Under the pieces are notes generated by a model. The model worked only from the letters and a program-made list of their open reading frames with translations, was not told the origin of the DNA and made no database searches. From contig CALJTV010000005.1 of assembly GCA_937975645.1 (NCBI GenBank), forward strand, positions 2,021-66,020: DNA of 64,000 nucleotides, read 5' to 3'. Position 1 is the stretch's first letter. Every line of letters begins with the position of its first letter. Below are positions 43,658-54,586 of this stretch, in pieces. Position numbers and translations under genes: made by a program. The DNA is from an uncultured Dehalococcoidia bacterium (GTDB taxonomy: Bacteria; Chloroflexota; Dehalococcoidia; GIF9; UBA5629).

Positions 43658-45232
43658 ATGAAAGTCCTTATCACCGACCCGCTAGCGCAAGAGGGGATCA
43701 AGGCTCTCAGCTCCCAGCTAGAAGTCGATGTTAAGCTGGGCATAAAACCTGAAGAGCTGCAGAATATTATCGGAGACTACCATGCCTTGATAGTGCGTAG
43801 CGAGACAAGGGTCACCGCCGATATTATCAGAGCGGGCAAGAAACTCCAGGTAATCGCCCGTGCCGGAGTTGGCTTGGACAACATCGATGTCGAGGCAGCC
43901 ACCAGACAGGGTATCGTTGTGGTCAATGCCCCCACCGGAAACACCATCGCCGCTGCCGAACATACCATGGCATTGATGCTGGCGCTAGCCCGGCACATAC
44001 CCCAGGCTAACAATAAGCTCAAATCAGGAGTGTGGCAACGAAATGAGTTCATGGGTACCGAACTGAAGAACAAGACGCTGGGCATCATCGGCTTGGGAAA
44101 TGTAGGCTCCGAGGTCGCCAGACGCGCCCAAGCGTTCAAAATGCGCCTTATCGGCTATGACCCGTTAGTTTCATCGGACTACGCACGCAACCTTGGCGTC
44201 GAACTCGTACCACTGGAACAGTTACTAAAGGAATCTGACTTCGTCACACTTCACCTTCCCTTAACCGAAAAGACGAAATGGCTTATCGGTGCCCGAGAGC
44301 TCGCCAAAATGAAGCCAACAGCACGCATCATCAATTGCGCTCGCGGCGGTCTCATCGATGAGGAAGCCTTGTACCATGCTGTCCAATCTGGCAAAATAGC
44401 TGGCGCTGCCCTGGATGTCTTCTCCAAAGAGCCCATTACTGACAGCCCGCTCTTCCGCTGCGACAACGTCATCGTCACCCCACATCTTGGCGCCTCCACC
44501 ACAGAAGCACAGGCAAGCGTTGCTTTAGAAGTCGCCGAACAGATTATCGCCGTACTAAATAACCAGCCCGCAAAGTACGCCGTAAACGCACCACAGATAC
44601 CCCCCGAGCTTTTTGCAGTCCTGTCTCCATTCATGCAAGTAGCTTCCGTACTAGGTAGTCTCGCCAGGCAGCTTATGGAAGGGCAGATAAGGAGCATCCA
44701 CATCAAGTACAGCGGGGAAATCGCCAATTATGATACTGCCGCTGTGAGGGCTGCAGCCATCGGCGGCTTGCTTGAAGGCATAAGCGAAGAAAGGGTCAAT
44801 CTGGTCAACGCCAGCATCCTCGCCAGCCAGCGGGGGATAAAGGTGCTGGAACAGAAGGAAAGCACCTGCGAGAACTATGCCAGCTTAATAACTTTAGAAG
44901 TGGTCACCGATACAGGAAAGACAACCGTTGCCGGCACTGTCCTGCGGGGCGAGACCCATGTCGTCCGCATAAACGATTTCTGGCCAGACATAGTCCCCAC
45001 TGGAGGCTACTTCCTTTTCAGCGACCACCGTGACCGTCCTGGTCTTATAGGCGCCGTGGGCACCATCACCGGGAAAGCAGACATAAACATCAGTTCCATG
45101 CAACTTGCCCGCCTCCAGCCCAGGGGCAAAGCCCTGATGATCCTAGCTCTGGACGAGGCGCTTTCTGAAGAGCACATACAACAAATCCTGGCACTCCCAG
45201 ATGTCCACACCGCCAAGCTGGTAAAACTGTAG
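43658..45232 (+). CDS. serA: D-3-phosphoglycerate dehydrogenase (long form with ASB and ACT domains)
   Basis: 'GIIGLGNVGSEVA' (NAD fold), 'NCARGGLIDE', 'DVF..EP', 'TPHLGAST', and a C-terminal ACT 'DRPGLIGAVGTITG'. Confidence 0.9.
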   Translation: MKVLITDPLAQEGIKALSSQLEVDVKLGIKPEELQNIIGDYHALIVRSETRVTADIIRAGKKLQVIARAGVGLDNIDVEAATRQGIVVVNAPTGNTIAAAEHTMALMLALARHIPQANNKLKSGVWQRNEFMGTELKNKTLGIIGLGNVGSEVARRAQAFKMRLIGYDPLVSSDYARNLGVELVPLEQLLKESDFVTLHLPLTEKTKWLIGARELAKMKPTARIINCARGGLIDEEALYHAVQSGKIAGAALDVFSKEPITDSPLFRCDNVIVTPHLGASTTEAQASVALEVAEQIIAVLNNQPAKYAVNAPQIPPELFAVLSPFMQVASVLGSLARQLMEGQIRSIHIKYSGEIANYDTAAVRAAAIGGLLEGISEERVNLVNASILASQRGIKVLEQKESTCENYASLITLEVVTDTGKTTVAGTVLRGETHVVRINDFWPDIVPTGGYFLFSDHRDRPGLIGAVGTITGKADINISSMQLARLQPRGKALMILALDEALSEEHIQQILALPDVHTAKLVKL

Positions 45233-45325
45233 CAGGACCAAGCCAGCACCCCGATGAGCTAAATGCTAGGCGGTGCCACCAACACCAGGGGTAAGTCATC
45301 GTCTCTGTCTGCCAATGCACTGTGC

Positions 45326-45354
45326 TTGACACCACTGGGGGGAAAAGATAAAAT
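45326..45354 (+). promoter_or_regulatory. Near-consensus sigma70-type promoter upstream of rpsU
   Basis: TTGACA (45326-45331), 17-nt spacer, TAAAAT (45349-45354). It lies about 68 nt upstream of GTG 45422. Confidence 0.55.
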
Positions 45355-45421
45355 GAGTCTCCGTTGACTTGTCCTCTGTCGAGGGTGGGTATCTACTAAA
45401 GCGAAAAGGAAGTGACTTAAC

Positions 45422-45610
45422 GTGCCCGAGGTAAAACTTGAACCTGGAGAGAGCTTTGAAAGCCTTCTAAGACGTTTCACCAAAAAGGTGCAGCAAGAGG
45501 GGATAATCAGCGAGGTACGGCGGCGTAGCTTCTATGAAAAACCAAGTGTGAAACGGAAACGAAAAGAGGCAGCGAAACGGCGCAAAAGCAGCAGAAGCAG
45601 CTCGAAATAA
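45422..45610 (+). CDS. rpsU: 30S ribosomal protein S21
   Basis: '(M)[47 protein letters not shown]'. GTG start after AAAGGAAGTGA. Confidence 0.9.
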   Translation: MPEVKLEPGESFESLLRRFTKKVQQEGIISEVRRRSFYEKPSVKRKRKEAAKRRKSSRSSSK

Positions 45611-45616
45611 GAAAAG

Positions 45617-46069
45617 ATGTCTTCTCTGATCCAGCAGATCAAAACTGATTTAGAGCAAGCGATCAGGAACCGGGACAACCTTAAGTCAACTGTACTACGC
45701 TCACTGATGGCTGCAATAAGAAACGCTGAAATTGCGCAGCAGAAGACACTAGATGATGCTGGCATCATCGCTGTCTTGGAAAAAGAAGCCAAGATGCGCC
45801 GCGAGAGCATAGAGGCATTTGAGAAGGGAAATCGACAAGACCTGGTAACCAAGGAAAGGGCTGAGCTGGATATAATCCTCGGGTACCTGCCCGAGCCCAT
45901 GAGCCGTGATGAAATCATAAAGGCAGCCCGCAAGGTAATCGAAGAACTGGGTGCTAAAGGACCTAAAGACAAGGGCAGGGTCATGTCACAGCTAATGCCC
46001 CAGCTCAGAGGACGAGCATCAGGGCAGGAAATCAGCAATATCGTCTCCGAACTACTGAGCACGGTGTGA
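45617..46069 (+). CDS. GatB/YqeY-domain protein
   Basis: 'LIQQIKTDLEQAIRNRD..K..VLRSLMAAIRNAEI', 'KRRESIE.FEKGNRQDLV.KE..E..I...YLP', 150 aa. The position after rpsU is typical. Confidence 0.8.
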   Translation: MSSLIQQIKTDLEQAIRNRDNLKSTVLRSLMAAIRNAEIAQQKTLDDAGIIAVLEKEAKMRRESIEAFEKGNRQDLVTKERAELDIILGYLPEPMSRDEIIKAARKVIEELGAKGPKDKGRVMSQLMPQLRGRASGQEISNIVSELLSTV

Positions 46070-46137
46070 ACAATAGTGGCATCGGTAACCCATGCCAGGT
46101 CTGAGCGGTATCGTCCTCGACACATGGTAGAACACAT

Positions 46138-46839
46138 ATGAGGTTTGGCATAATCGTTTTTCCCGGTACATGGAGCGATAGGGACTGCTATTACGCTATC
46201 AAAGACATCTTAAACCGGGATGTCAGCTATGTCTGGCACAAGGAGACCGACCTTTCACAGTACGACTGCATCGTGCTACCGGGGGGATTCTCATACGGGG
46301 ACTACCTGAGACCCGGGGCCATCGCCCGTTTCTCACCGGTCATGGCGGCAGTCGAGGAATTTGCCTCTCGAGGTAAACTGGTTATCGGCATCTGCAACGG
46401 ATTTCAAGTCCTCTGCGAGTCAGGGCTGCTGCCTGGAGCCCTGCTACGCAACGACCACCTCGAGTACCGCTGCCAGTGGACCTACCTCCGCGTGGAAAAT
46501 GAGCTCACCCCCTTCACTTCAGTGCTCCAGAAGGGACAGGTGCTTAAGATCCCGATCTCGCACTACGACGGCAGGTACTACGCTGATAAAGCAACACTCG
46601 AAGAACTTGAAATCAACAAGCAGATCGTCTTCCGCTACGCTACCCCCAACGGTAGAACGACCCCTGCAAGTAACCCCAATGGTTCCTTAAACAACATTGC
46701 CGGAATTACCAACAAAGAGAAGAACGTACTGGGGATGATGCCACACCCCGAACGCGCCTGTGAGCCGCTGCTTGGCAGCAGCGATGGCAATCTTATCTGG
46801 GAGTCCATAATTGCCAGTATCCAAGGAAACGCTCGATAG
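46138..46839 (+). CDS. purQ: Phosphoribosylformylglycinamidine synthase, glutaminase subunit
   Basis: '[11 protein letters not shown]', '[12 protein letters not shown]', 'GICNGFQ', 'MMPHPER'. Confidence 0.9.
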   Translation: MRFGIIVFPGTWSDRDCYYAIKDILNRDVSYVWHKETDLSQYDCIVLPGGFSYGDYLRPGAIARFSPVMAAVEEFASRGKLVIGICNGFQVLCESGLLPGALLRNDHLEYRCQWTYLRVENELTPFTSVLQKGQVLKIPISHYDGRYYADKATLEELEINKQIVFRYATPNGRTTPASNPNGSLNNIAGITNKEKNVLGMMPHPERACEPLLGSSDGNLIWESIIASIQGNAR

Positions 46840-49018
46840 CATCGCTCTCAGCGAAAAGGAATACCAGCTCATTGTGGAGAGACTCGGTAGAGAGCCAAAT
46901 GAGGTAGAGCTGGGTATGTTCGGTGCCCTCTGGAGCGAGCACTGTGGCTACAAACATTCGAAAGCGCTGCTCAAGCAGTTCCCCTCCCGCGCCAGACAAG
47001 TGCTCGTCAGACCGGGCGAAGAAAACGCCGGCGTTGTAGACATAGGCGATGGGCTGGCAATCGTCATGAAGATAGAGTCACATAACCACCCATCTGCCAT
47101 CGAGCCCTTCCAAGGCGCAGCTACAGGTATAGGTGGCATCGTGAGAGATATCTTTACTATGGGCGCCCGCCCCATCGCCTTAATGAACTCGCTCCGCTTC
47201 GGTCCTTTATCAAACCCGCGCAATCGCTACCTTTTCCACGGCGTGGTGGGTGGCATCGCTGCTTATGGCAACTGCTTAGGAATACCAAATGTGGGTGGTG
47301 AAATCTTCTTCGCCGACTGCTATTCAGATAACCCCTTGGTCAACGCCTTTTGCCTCGGCATCGCTAAAAAGGAAAACCTAGTCAAGTCTAGAGCATACGG
47401 AGAAGGTAACTTGCTAATGCTGGTTGGCGCCGACACCGGACGTGATGGTCTCCACGGTGCCTCCGGACTAGCATCACGGACCTTCGAGGGGGACACGGAG
47501 CTGAGGTCAGCAGTCCAAGTGGGAAACCCTTTTCTGGAGAAGCTCCTCATCGAGGCTTGTCTCGAACTCGCCAGGACCGACTGGATTGTGGGTATGCAGG
47601 ACCTGGGTGCTGCCGGATTGACCAGCGCTTGCGTTGAATCAGCCGCCAGAGGGAACGGAGGTATCGATATTGACGTCCTTAAGGTACCAAGGCGAGAAAA
47701 GGGTATGACACCCTACGAGGTGATGCTCTCCGAGTCTCAAGAGAGGATGCTCATACTTGTGAAGAAAGGATATGAGGCACAGGTAAAGGCACTCTTTGAC
47801 CGCTGGGAGCTCCGCTCGGACATAATCGGCCGGATCACTAGCAACGGCATAGCGCGGGTCAGAGAAGGCGAGAAACTCGTAGCTGAAGTACCCATCGGAC
47901 TGCTGACCTCACCACCCGTATACTTGCGCCGTGTCAAGCCACCGTCCTGGATCGAAGGACTGCAGAAAATCAATCTGAGCTCTATTCCTGATATGTCACC
48001 CCGCAAGGCAAATAAGGCATTGCTTACCCTGCTAGCTTCCCCAAATATCGCCAGCAAACATTCCGTATACCGTCAGTATGACCACCAGGTTGGCAACAAC
48101 ACCGTAGTCCTTCCCGGAAACGATGCTGCAGTGCTCCGTATTAAAGGGACAAAGAAAGCCATCTCCTTGACCACAGACGGAAATGCCAGATATTGCTACC
48201 TGAACCCCTACCTCGGGGGTGCGATCGCTGTAGCAGAAGCCGCAAGGAACTTGGTCTGCACCGGCGCCAGACCGTTGGCAATAACAGACTGCCTCAACTT
48301 TGGCAACCCGGAGAAGGACGATGTCTATTACCAGATGAAGGAATGCATTGCAGGCATGGCGCGTACCTGCCGCGAGCTCAGGATCCCAGTGATAAGCGGC
48401 AATGTGAGCCTCTACAACGAGACTAGGGGCAGGGCAATATACCCCACCCCAGTGGTGGCTATGGTGGGCATCATCGAGGACGTGAGCAAACACTGCACCG
48501 CTGAATTCAAACACGAAGGGGACTACGTATACCTTTTAGGATGTACCCAAGTTGCCGATAGCAGCATCGGGGGCAGCGAGTACCTGCAGGTCATACATGG
48601 CACAGTAAAAGGCAGCCCCGCCATCGACCTCAATCTTGAGAAAAGGCTACAACGCTGCTGCCTGGAAGCAATAAAAAAAGGCATCATCAAATCAGCACAC
48701 GATTGCTCTGAAGGCGGATTGGCTGTAGCTCTGGCGGAAAGCTGCCTGCTTGGTGGCGTGGGCTTTACCAGCTTCGATCTCTACTTTGAGAGCAGACTGG
48801 ATGCCGCCCTCTTCGGTGAAGCCCAGTCAAGAATCGTCGTCTCCGTATCTCCGGAGCACGCTTGGTTGCTGGAAAAGCTGGCAGACCGCTGGGAGGTTGA
48901 AGCACTGAGGCTGGGCATAGTAAGCGGCAAGAGGCTGATAATTAAAGGCTTTATAGACCTATCGCTCAACGAACTGGGCAAAGCTTGGTGGAACGGCTTG
49001 GCAAACTTCTTCAAATAG
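46811..49018 (+). CDS. purL: Phosphoribosylformylglycinamidine synthase subunit PurL
   Basis: '[27 protein letters not shown]', '[21 protein letters not shown]', 'DLGAAGL'. TTG start overlaps purQ by 29 nt. Confidence 0.9.
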   Translation: MPVSKETLDSIALSEKEYQLIVERLGREPNEVELGMFGALWSEHCGYKHSKALLKQFPSRARQVLVRPGEENAGVVDIGDGLAIVMKIESHNHPSAIEPFQGAATGIGGIVRDIFTMGARPIALMNSLRFGPLSNPRNRYLFHGVVGGIAAYGNCLGIPNVGGEIFFADCYSDNPLVNAFCLGIAKKENLVKSRAYGEGNLLMLVGADTGRDGLHGASGLASRTFEGDTELRSAVQVGNPFLEKLLIEACLELARTDWIVGMQDLGAAGLTSACVESAARGNGGIDIDVLKVPRREKGMTPYEVMLSESQERMLILVKKGYEAQVKALFDRWELRSDIIGRITSNGIARVREGEKLVAEVPIGLLTSPPVYLRRVKPPSWIEGLQKINLSSIPDMSPRKANKALLTLLASPNIASKHSVYRQYDHQVGNNTVVLPGNDAAVLRIKGTKKAISLTTDGNARYCYLNPYLGGAIAVAEAARNLVCTGARPLAITDCLNFGNPEKDDVYYQMKECIAGMARTCRELRIPVISGNVSLYNETRGRAIYPTPVVAMVGIIEDVSKHCTAEFKHEGDYVYLLGCTQVADSSIGGSEYLQVIHGTVKGSPAIDLNLEKRLQRCCLEAIKKGIIKSAHDCSEGGLAVALAESCLLGGVGFTSFDLYFESRLDAALFGEAQSRIVVSVSPEHAWLLEKLADRWEVEALRLGIVSGKRLIIKGFIDLSLNELGKAWWNGLANFFK

Positions 49019-49028
49019 AGGAGGTAAC

Positions 49029-50315
49029 TTGGCTGAGATCAGTCCCTTCTACGGAGTGCGCTATAATCTATCAATAGTAAAGGATATGGCGTCAGTCATC
49101 TGCCCGCCCTACGATGTCATCTCTAAAGACGAGCAGAAAGCCTACTATGAGAGGAGCCAGTACAACATTATCCGCCTTGAGCATGCCATGGAACTGCCCG
49201 ATGACTCAGCCGATGACAATAAACACGCTCGCGCCGGCGCCACGCTCGATCAATGGCTTAAGCAGGGTGTGCTGGTTACCGACCACGTACCTTCGCTCTA
49301 CATCCATGAACAGACATTCATTTACCAGGGCACCAGGAGGCGCCGCCTTGGATTTACTGCCTGTGTGAGGCTGGAGCCATGGGAAAAAAGGATGGTCCTC
49401 CCCCACGAAAACACCGTCGCCGGCATCAAGAGCGACCGTCTGGACCTTATGCGGGCATGCAACGCCAACTTCAGCCCTCTCCTCGGCTTGTACGAAGACC
49501 CCGGGCAGAAAATCGCCAAACTGCTCAGCGTGCAGACCAGCAGAAAGCCTGTGCTGGACTTCACAGCAAATGGGGAGACACACAGGCTCTGGGTAGCAAA
49601 TGAACCAGAGTTCATCCAGCGTATAAGCCATTTCCTGGCACCCAAGCCAGTCTACATCGCCGACGGGCACCACCGCTACGAGACGGCACTGGCTTACCAG
49701 GCAGAAAAGCGTCAAAATAGCCCGTACGTCAGCGGACACGAGGCTTTCAACTTCGTTATGATGACACTGGTGTCCTTCTCCGACCCCGGCCTGCTGGTCC
49801 TGCCAGTCCACCGCGTGGTCAGAGGCATTTCCAGCGAGAACATGAAACGCTTTATCCACGAATTGGCTACCGTGTTCCACACAGAATCACTGCCCCTCGA
49901 AAACACAGCCAGAATACCGGAGATGAACAGCGTGATAGCCAGAGTGATAGGACTAGAAGAAGGGTCTGTGACCGGATTGAGGCTGCGCCCAGATGTGCAC
50001 ATTAGAGCGGTCATGCCACCAGGACATTCCGATGCCTACAATAAGCTGGAGGTCAGCATCCTGCAACACCTGGTCATCGATAGACTCATTGCCATTGACA
50101 GTAGTGTGTCAATAGCATATACGCCAAGTCCCGAAACAGCTGTGAGGATGGTGGACCAGGGTGACTACCAACTGGCTTTTATCCTGAACCCTATTCCGCT
50201 CAGTGCCATCAAGGCAATAGCCGACGCCGACGATAGGATGCCAGGAAAATCGACCTATTTTTACCCTAAACTGCCGACCGGTCTGGTCATCAACCGCTTA
50301 GAAGGGACCTTATGA
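49029..50315 (+). CDS. DUF1015-family protein
   Basis: 'FYGVRYN', 'ICPPYDVI', 'HENT....K.DR', 'IADGHHRYETA', 'MP.KSTYFYPK'. TTG start after GAGGAGGT. Confidence 0.8.
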   Translation: MAEISPFYGVRYNLSIVKDMASVICPPYDVISKDEQKAYYERSQYNIIRLEHAMELPDDSADDNKHARAGATLDQWLKQGVLVTDHVPSLYIHEQTFIYQGTRRRRLGFTACVRLEPWEKRMVLPHENTVAGIKSDRLDLMRACNANFSPLLGLYEDPGQKIAKLLSVQTSRKPVLDFTANGETHRLWVANEPEFIQRISHFLAPKPVYIADGHHRYETALAYQAEKRQNSPYVSGHEAFNFVMMTLVSFSDPGLLVLPVHRVVRGISSENMKRFIHELATVFHTESLPLENTARIPEMNSVIARVIGLEEGSVTGLRLRPDVHIRAVMPPGHSDAYNKLEVSILQHLVIDRLIAIDSSVSIAYTPSPETAVRMVDQGDYQLAFILNPIPLSAIKAIADADDRMPGKSTYFYPKLPTGLVINRLEGTL

Positions 50316-52040
50316 GCGGGATGTCTGCCTCTTCACAAAGCTGTCGCGAAGTTCCGGTGTGTACAGCTTGTACCTCGCCCTCCCCTCCTCCTTGGCATGA
50401 TACATAGCGGTATCAGCATTTGTCAGCAACACATCAGCCCGGTCACCGCTCTCGGGATAGATAGCAATACCGATGCTTGTGGTTATGTTCAACTTATAAC
50501 CGTTAATTGCAAACGGTTCACCAAAGGAATCGAGTATCTTCTGGGCTACCTTGGTGACATCGTCTACAGCCCCTATCTGCGGGAGCAACAGCACAAACTC
50601 ATCACCACCCATACGCCCTACGGTATCGCTCTTGCGCAGGTTGCTGGCAAGCCTCTGGGCAACGAGCTTGAGGAGCTGGTCACCAACCCCATGCCCATAA
50701 GTATCATTCACTCGCTTGAACCAGTCAAGGTCAAGCATCATCACCGCCAGTCTGCTACCGTTACGCTGCGCCTGAGCTAGCCCCATATTCAACCTGTCAT
50801 CAAGCAGTACACGGTTGGGCAGACCGGTCAACGGGTCATGGGTCGCCATCTCTGACAGCTTCTGTTCCAGCATCTTCCGCTCGGTGACATCGCGGCTGAT
50901 GCCCCTGAAGCCGATGATCTCGCCCTTCTCATTGCGCAAAGGCAAGACCGAGTTCTCCACATATATCTTTCTCCCATCCTTCGTGAGCTGTGTCATGGGG
51001 TACCATCTCAAAGTGGTACCCGTGCGGTATACCGAGTTGTACGCCCGATAGACGTTCTCCCAGTCCTCCTGCGGGGTGTAAGCACGATAGTTAAGCCCTA
51101 CAACCTCGTTCATGGAGTACCCTAGAAGACGGCACAGCGCCTCATTAGCAAATGTAAAGCTGCCCCGCAAGTCCACCTCATAATAAGCCTCGTCCATCTC
51201 CTCAAGCAGCGTCCGGTACCTCTCCTCAGACCGCCTCAACGCCTCTTCTGCTTGTACCCGCTCAGTAACGTCCTCCCCCAGTCCACGAAAGCCAATTATC
51301 TCCCCCTTTTCATTGCGTATCGGGAATGCTGATAGTTCCACCCACCTCACATTCCCATCCTTATCAATATATCTGCTCTTGAAGCCCTTCACTGGTTCGC
51401 CGGTCAGGTATACCTGATTAAAAGTCTTGAAGGTCTTTTCTACATCTTCGATAGGGGTGGTCAGCTTGTAACTGGCGCCGAGCAGCTGCTCTCTGGAAAT
51501 TCCCACGTTTCGACAAAAGGTATCATTGACAAACGTAAAATGACCACGGAGGTCGACCTCGTAATAGGTCTCGTTCATCTCCTCAAGAATACTTCGGAAC
51601 CGCTCCTCCGAACGCTTAAGTTCCTCCTCCAACCTCTTGTACTCAGTGATGTCCATGAAGCTACCTGCGGTAGCCGGCTTCCCATGGTACTGGATTGAGG
51701 TCACTTGCTCCATTATCCATGCCAATCCGCCATTTTTTTTGAGAAACCGGTACTGGTAGGGCTCCGAGACTTTCCCTTTCAGGCTCTCTATCGCCTTCTG
51801 CCGGACAAACTCCCTGTCGTCCGGATGTACCAAGTCTAGCGGGTACTTCTCTTCCAGCTCGTCCAGAGTATACCCGCTCACTGCCAAAAAGCTGGGACTG
51901 GCGTAGACAAACTTCCTCTCCTGGACGATATATATCCCTACACCAATGCGCTCTATCAGGTCGCGCGCCAGCTCAAGGGATACTTCCAGTGAACCTTTGC
52001 TACCCCGGCTTTGCCTATCTGCACTGTTCGCCATAGCCAT
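50310..52040 (-). CDS. Diguanylate cyclase with three PAS domains (PAS-PAS-PAS-GGDEF)
   Basis: 'HDPLTGLPNR', 'RMGGDEFVLL' (GGDEF), three PAS/PAC modules. The 3' end overlaps the convergent DUF1015 gene by 6 nt. Confidence 0.9.
   Translation of the reverse strand: MAMANSADRQSRGSKGSLEVSLELARDLIERIGVGIYIVQERKFVYASPSFLAVSGYTLDELEEKYPLDLVHPDDREFVRQKAIESLKGKVSEPYQYRFLKKNGGLAWIMEQVTSIQYHGKPATAGSFMDITEYKRLEEELKRSEERFRSILEEMNETYYEVDLRGHFTFVNDTFCRNVGISREQLLGASYKLTTPIEDVEKTFKTFNQVYLTGEPVKGFKSRYIDKDGNVRWVELSAFPIRNEKGEIIGFRGLGEDVTERVQAEEALRRSEERYRTLLEEMDEAYYEVDLRGSFTFANEALCRLLGYSMNEVVGLNYRAYTPQEDWENVYRAYNSVYRTGTTLRWYPMTQLTKDGRKIYVENSVLPLRNEKGEIIGFRGISRDVTERKMLEQKLSEMATHDPLTGLPNRVLLDDRLNMGLAQAQRNGSRLAVMMLDLDWFKRVNDTYGHGVGDQLLKLVAQRLASNLRKSDTVGRMGGDEFVLLLPQIGAVDDVTKVAQKILDSFGEPFAINGYKLNITTSIGIAIYPESGDRADVLLTNADTAMYHAKEEGRARYKLYTPELRDSFVKRQTSRS
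50877..51614 (-). repeat. Intragenic tandem duplication (PAS2 and PAS3 of the diguanylate cyclase)
   Basis: 'RSEERFRSILEEMNETYYEVDLRGHFTFVND...PIRNEKGEIIGFRGLGEDVTER' versus 'RSEERYRTLLEEMDEAYYEVDLRGSFTFANE...PLRNEKGEIIGFRGISRDVTER'. Period is about 127 codons (units about 51258-51614 and 50877-51233). Confidence 0.8.
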
Positions 52041-52292
52041 CTTCCCCAGCGCTCCTTGCCCGGAAGTTTTCTAAATTTTAGAGTACATTATACGAATAGT
52101 CAATAGCCCTACCCCAAATTTACTAGTACTTTACAGATAGTAATAAAGTACTAGTCCACCACCCACCAGAGATTTCTCCTCGTCCGGCGCTACTGCAGTG
52201 TTGATTCCCGCCCACAAGCGGAATAAAATGCACAACAACAGGCAGGGGCACGAAATAGGAGCAACGAACGCACAGCAGCGCTGACGACGGCC

Positions 52293-52676
52293 ATGTACCG
52301 GGAAAATAGCAAAAAAGCCGACTTCGGCATCGGCATAGACATAGAAAGTATCTACCGCTTCCGCAGGCTGGCTGCCGATGAGGCTTTTCTGCACCGTGTG
52401 TTCACCCAAAAAGAACTGGACTATTGCCTTGCTCACAGGTCACCGGCACCCCACCTTGCCGCCAGGTTCGCCGCCAAGGAAGCAATCATCAAAGCCCTGT
52501 CAGGGCTAAATAGAGCCATCCCCAGCTACAAAGACATCGAAATAATAAACCAGGAAACTGGCTTGCCCATCGCCCACGTCCACAAAGAAGGTCTTGAAAA
52601 ACTCCATATAAGTCTGAGCTTGTCCCACTCCCGGACTCAAGCCGTTGCTTTCGCCATCATAATAGACACACCGTAG
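52293..52676 (+). CDS. acpS: Holo-[acyl-carrier-protein] synthase
   Basis: 'GIGIDIESI.RF', 'FT..E..Y', 'AARFAAKEAIIKAL', 'ISLSHS'. Confidence 0.85.
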   Translation: MYRENSKKADFGIGIDIESIYRFRRLAADEAFLHRVFTQKELDYCLAHRSPAPHLAARFAAKEAIIKALSGLNRAIPSYKDIEIINQETGLPIAHVHKEGLEKLHISLSLSHSRTQAVAFAIIIDTP

Positions 52677-52727
52677 CAGCCACCCCTTTACTCCTGGACT
52701 GCCCCTGATATGTCCAGGCAAGACATG

Positions 52728-53786
52728 TCACCAGCTATGCTCGATGGCATCTGTAGGACAAACGCTGTGACAATTCACAACGTGCTGCCTGCTGCAGAGG
52801 GCAAAGCCTGGGCAGAGTAATGCCAGCCTCTTCCTGGCATCTTCCTTCACCACAGCTTTGCCACCCCTTCCGCTATCCGCAACCAGCACCTGCGCTGGAC
52901 ATACCTCCGCACATTTACCACAGCCATCGCACAGGCGCATATCGATGGTGATGTAATACTCGCCGGTGCCATCAGAATAGCCGTACTGGGCTTTCCCCAT
53001 CTCGGCACCTTTCCCTTCCAGTCGCTCTTGGGCAAAAAGCGCTGCCCCCAGCGCCCCCACCAGTTGTGGGTCGTCACACAATAGTGGCTCCATCCCGACT
53101 TTCTCTGCCAATCGTCTCACCATTCCCTTGTTCTTGGCAATGCCACCGGTAATGCTAAACTCCCTCTGGATAGAGACGCGGTTCAATAGGTTAACGGCGC
53201 GCACTGTTATGGCATCATGAAGTCCAGCTAGTATATCGCCTTTGCTGACACCCTTTCTCAGATAAGCGATGGCTTCTGACTTAGCAAAGACAGCACACAC
53301 AGTGTTGAACGGGATACCATTCCCGGCTGCCAAGGAAAGTTCACCAATGTCTTGGAGACGCACATTCAATACATCAGCTATCAGCTCCAGAAACCTGCCG
53401 GTACCACCAGCACATTTATCGTTCATTACAAAATTGGTGACCGTCCCTTTCTCATCGCAGTTAATTGCCTTGCAGTCCTGCCCACCCATATCCAGGATGG
53501 TCCTCACCGACGGAAAATACCAGGTTATCCCTTTGGCATGGCAGCTGATCTCGGAGATATTCTCGTTGGCAAAGGGCACCAGCACCCGCCCATAGCCGGT
53601 GGCAACAGTATAGGCAATATCCTCGAGCCTGAGACCCGTGCCGTCAAGGGCTAGCCCAATAGCGGTGTACGCCGTCTTAATGCTCTCCGGACCCGTATCC
53701 GTTATCGCCGACGACAGCACCTCTCCATCCTTCATCACCACCACCTTAGCGGCGCGAGAACCAATGTCTATCCCTGAAACGATCAT
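52728..53786 (-). CDS. BcrAD/BadFG/HgdC-family ATPase (electron-activating subunit) fused to a C-terminal 2x[4Fe-4S] ferredoxin domain
   Basis: ASKHA-fold 'VSGIDIGSRAAKVVVM', 'DMGGQDCKAI', 'NDKCAGGTGRFLE', 'ITGGIAKN'. The C-terminus has 'CDGCGKCAEVCP' plus an atypical 'CPGFALCSRQHVVNCHSVCPTDAI'. Confidence 0.8.
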   Translation of the reverse strand: MIVSGIDIGSRAAKVVVMKDGEVLSSAITDTGPESIKTAYTAIGLALDGTGLRLEDIAYTVATGYGRVLVPFANENISEISCHAKGITWYFPSVRTILDMGGQDCKAINCDEKGTVTNFVMNDKCAGGTGRFLELIADVLNVRLQDIGELSLAAGNGIPFNTVCAVFAKSEAIAYLRKGVSKGDILAGLHDAITVRAVNLLNRVSIQREFSITGGIAKNKGMVRRLAEKVGMEPLLCDDPQLVGALGAALFAQERLEGKGAEMGKAQYGYSDGTGEYYITIDMRLCDGCGKCAEVCPAQVLVADSGRGGKAVVKEDARKRLALLCPGFALCSRQHVVNCHSVCPTDAIEHSW

Positions 53787-54580
53787 CGTTTGGCTCCTTT
53801 TTCATAAACCTCAGCGGCAATCAAAGCAGCACCCACCGCTGCCACGACCCGTGGCTCCTCGGGCACCAAAACACCAAAGCCCAGCTCTTTCTCCAGTACC
53901 CTGACTAGCCCTCTGTTGAGTGCTACCCCACCAGTCACCACCACGTCTCTGACCATCCCCACCCTCTTAATAAGCGATACCACCCGCCCTACTACTGAGT
54001 GGTACACTCCGGCAACTATCTCCTCTTTGGGGGTGGGGGGGACACGGTGTATGTGCGATATTATTTCAGACTCGGCAAACACGGCACAGGTGTTGGTAAT
54101 CTCAGCAAACCTGTTCGGTACAGGTAAGTTGCCCATCTCCGATACTGACATATTCATTAACTTAGCTACCTGCTGCAGGAAAAGCCCCGTCCCTGAAGCA
54201 CACTTGTCCTGGTTTGCCCAGTCCATCAGACGCCCTTTCTCGCTGATCTTGACCACTGTGGTGGTCTCAGCACCAAGGTCTATGACCAGCCTCGCTGCGG
54301 GAAAGAGGAAAAAAGCCCCCCGTGCCAGACAGGTGGCAATGGCTTTCTGCCCCTGCCCAAACGAGACGCCCCTGCTGCCCATCCCTGTCGAGATTATGTA
54401 AACGTCATCGTCCTGTCCGGCACCTGCCTTTTCCAGGGCACACTCAACAGCTTGCCTCGCCGCCTGTTCGACTTCATCCCCCAGTTCATTCACCACATAA
54501 GACGCAATCCTGCCATCTTCCACAACGACTGCTTTAGTCGTCAGACTGCCGATATCTACTCCTACAACTTTCATAGCCAT
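53783..54580 (-). CDS. BcrAD/BadFG/HgdC-family ATPase (second, non-identical activating subunit)
   Basis: 'VVGVDIGSLTTKAVVV', 'DLGAETTTVVKI', 'NQDKCASGTGLFLQ', 'VTGGVALN'. It overlaps the downstream gene by 4 nt. Confidence 0.8.
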   Translation of the reverse strand: MAMKVVGVDIGSLTTKAVVVEDGRIASYVVNELGDEVEQAARQAVECALEKAGAGQDDDVYIISTGMGSRGVSFGQGQKAIATCLARGAFFLFPAARLVIDLGAETTTVVKISEKGRLMDWANQDKCASGTGLFLQQVAKLMNMSVSEMGNLPVPNRFAEITNTCAVFAESEIISHIHRVPPTPKEEIVAGVYHSVVGRVVSLIKRVGMVRDVVVTGGVALNRGLVRVLEKELGFGVLVPEEPRVVAAVGAALIAAEVYEKGAKR

Positions 54581-54586
54581 ACCCCA

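Noticed and set aside
52131-52436. 101-aa minus-strand ORF between the GGDEF gene and acpS
   Set aside because: It overlaps the acpS 5' region, has odd Cys/Leu-rich composition, and shows no RBS or motifs. The acpS assignment on the plus strand is much stronger.
52693-52718. 7-bp stem (CCTGGAC/GTCCAGG, 12-nt loop) between convergent acpS and the ATPase-ferredoxin gene as a bidirectional terminator
   Set aside because: The stem is short, the loop is large, and there is no T-tract on either strand. This is too weak to call.
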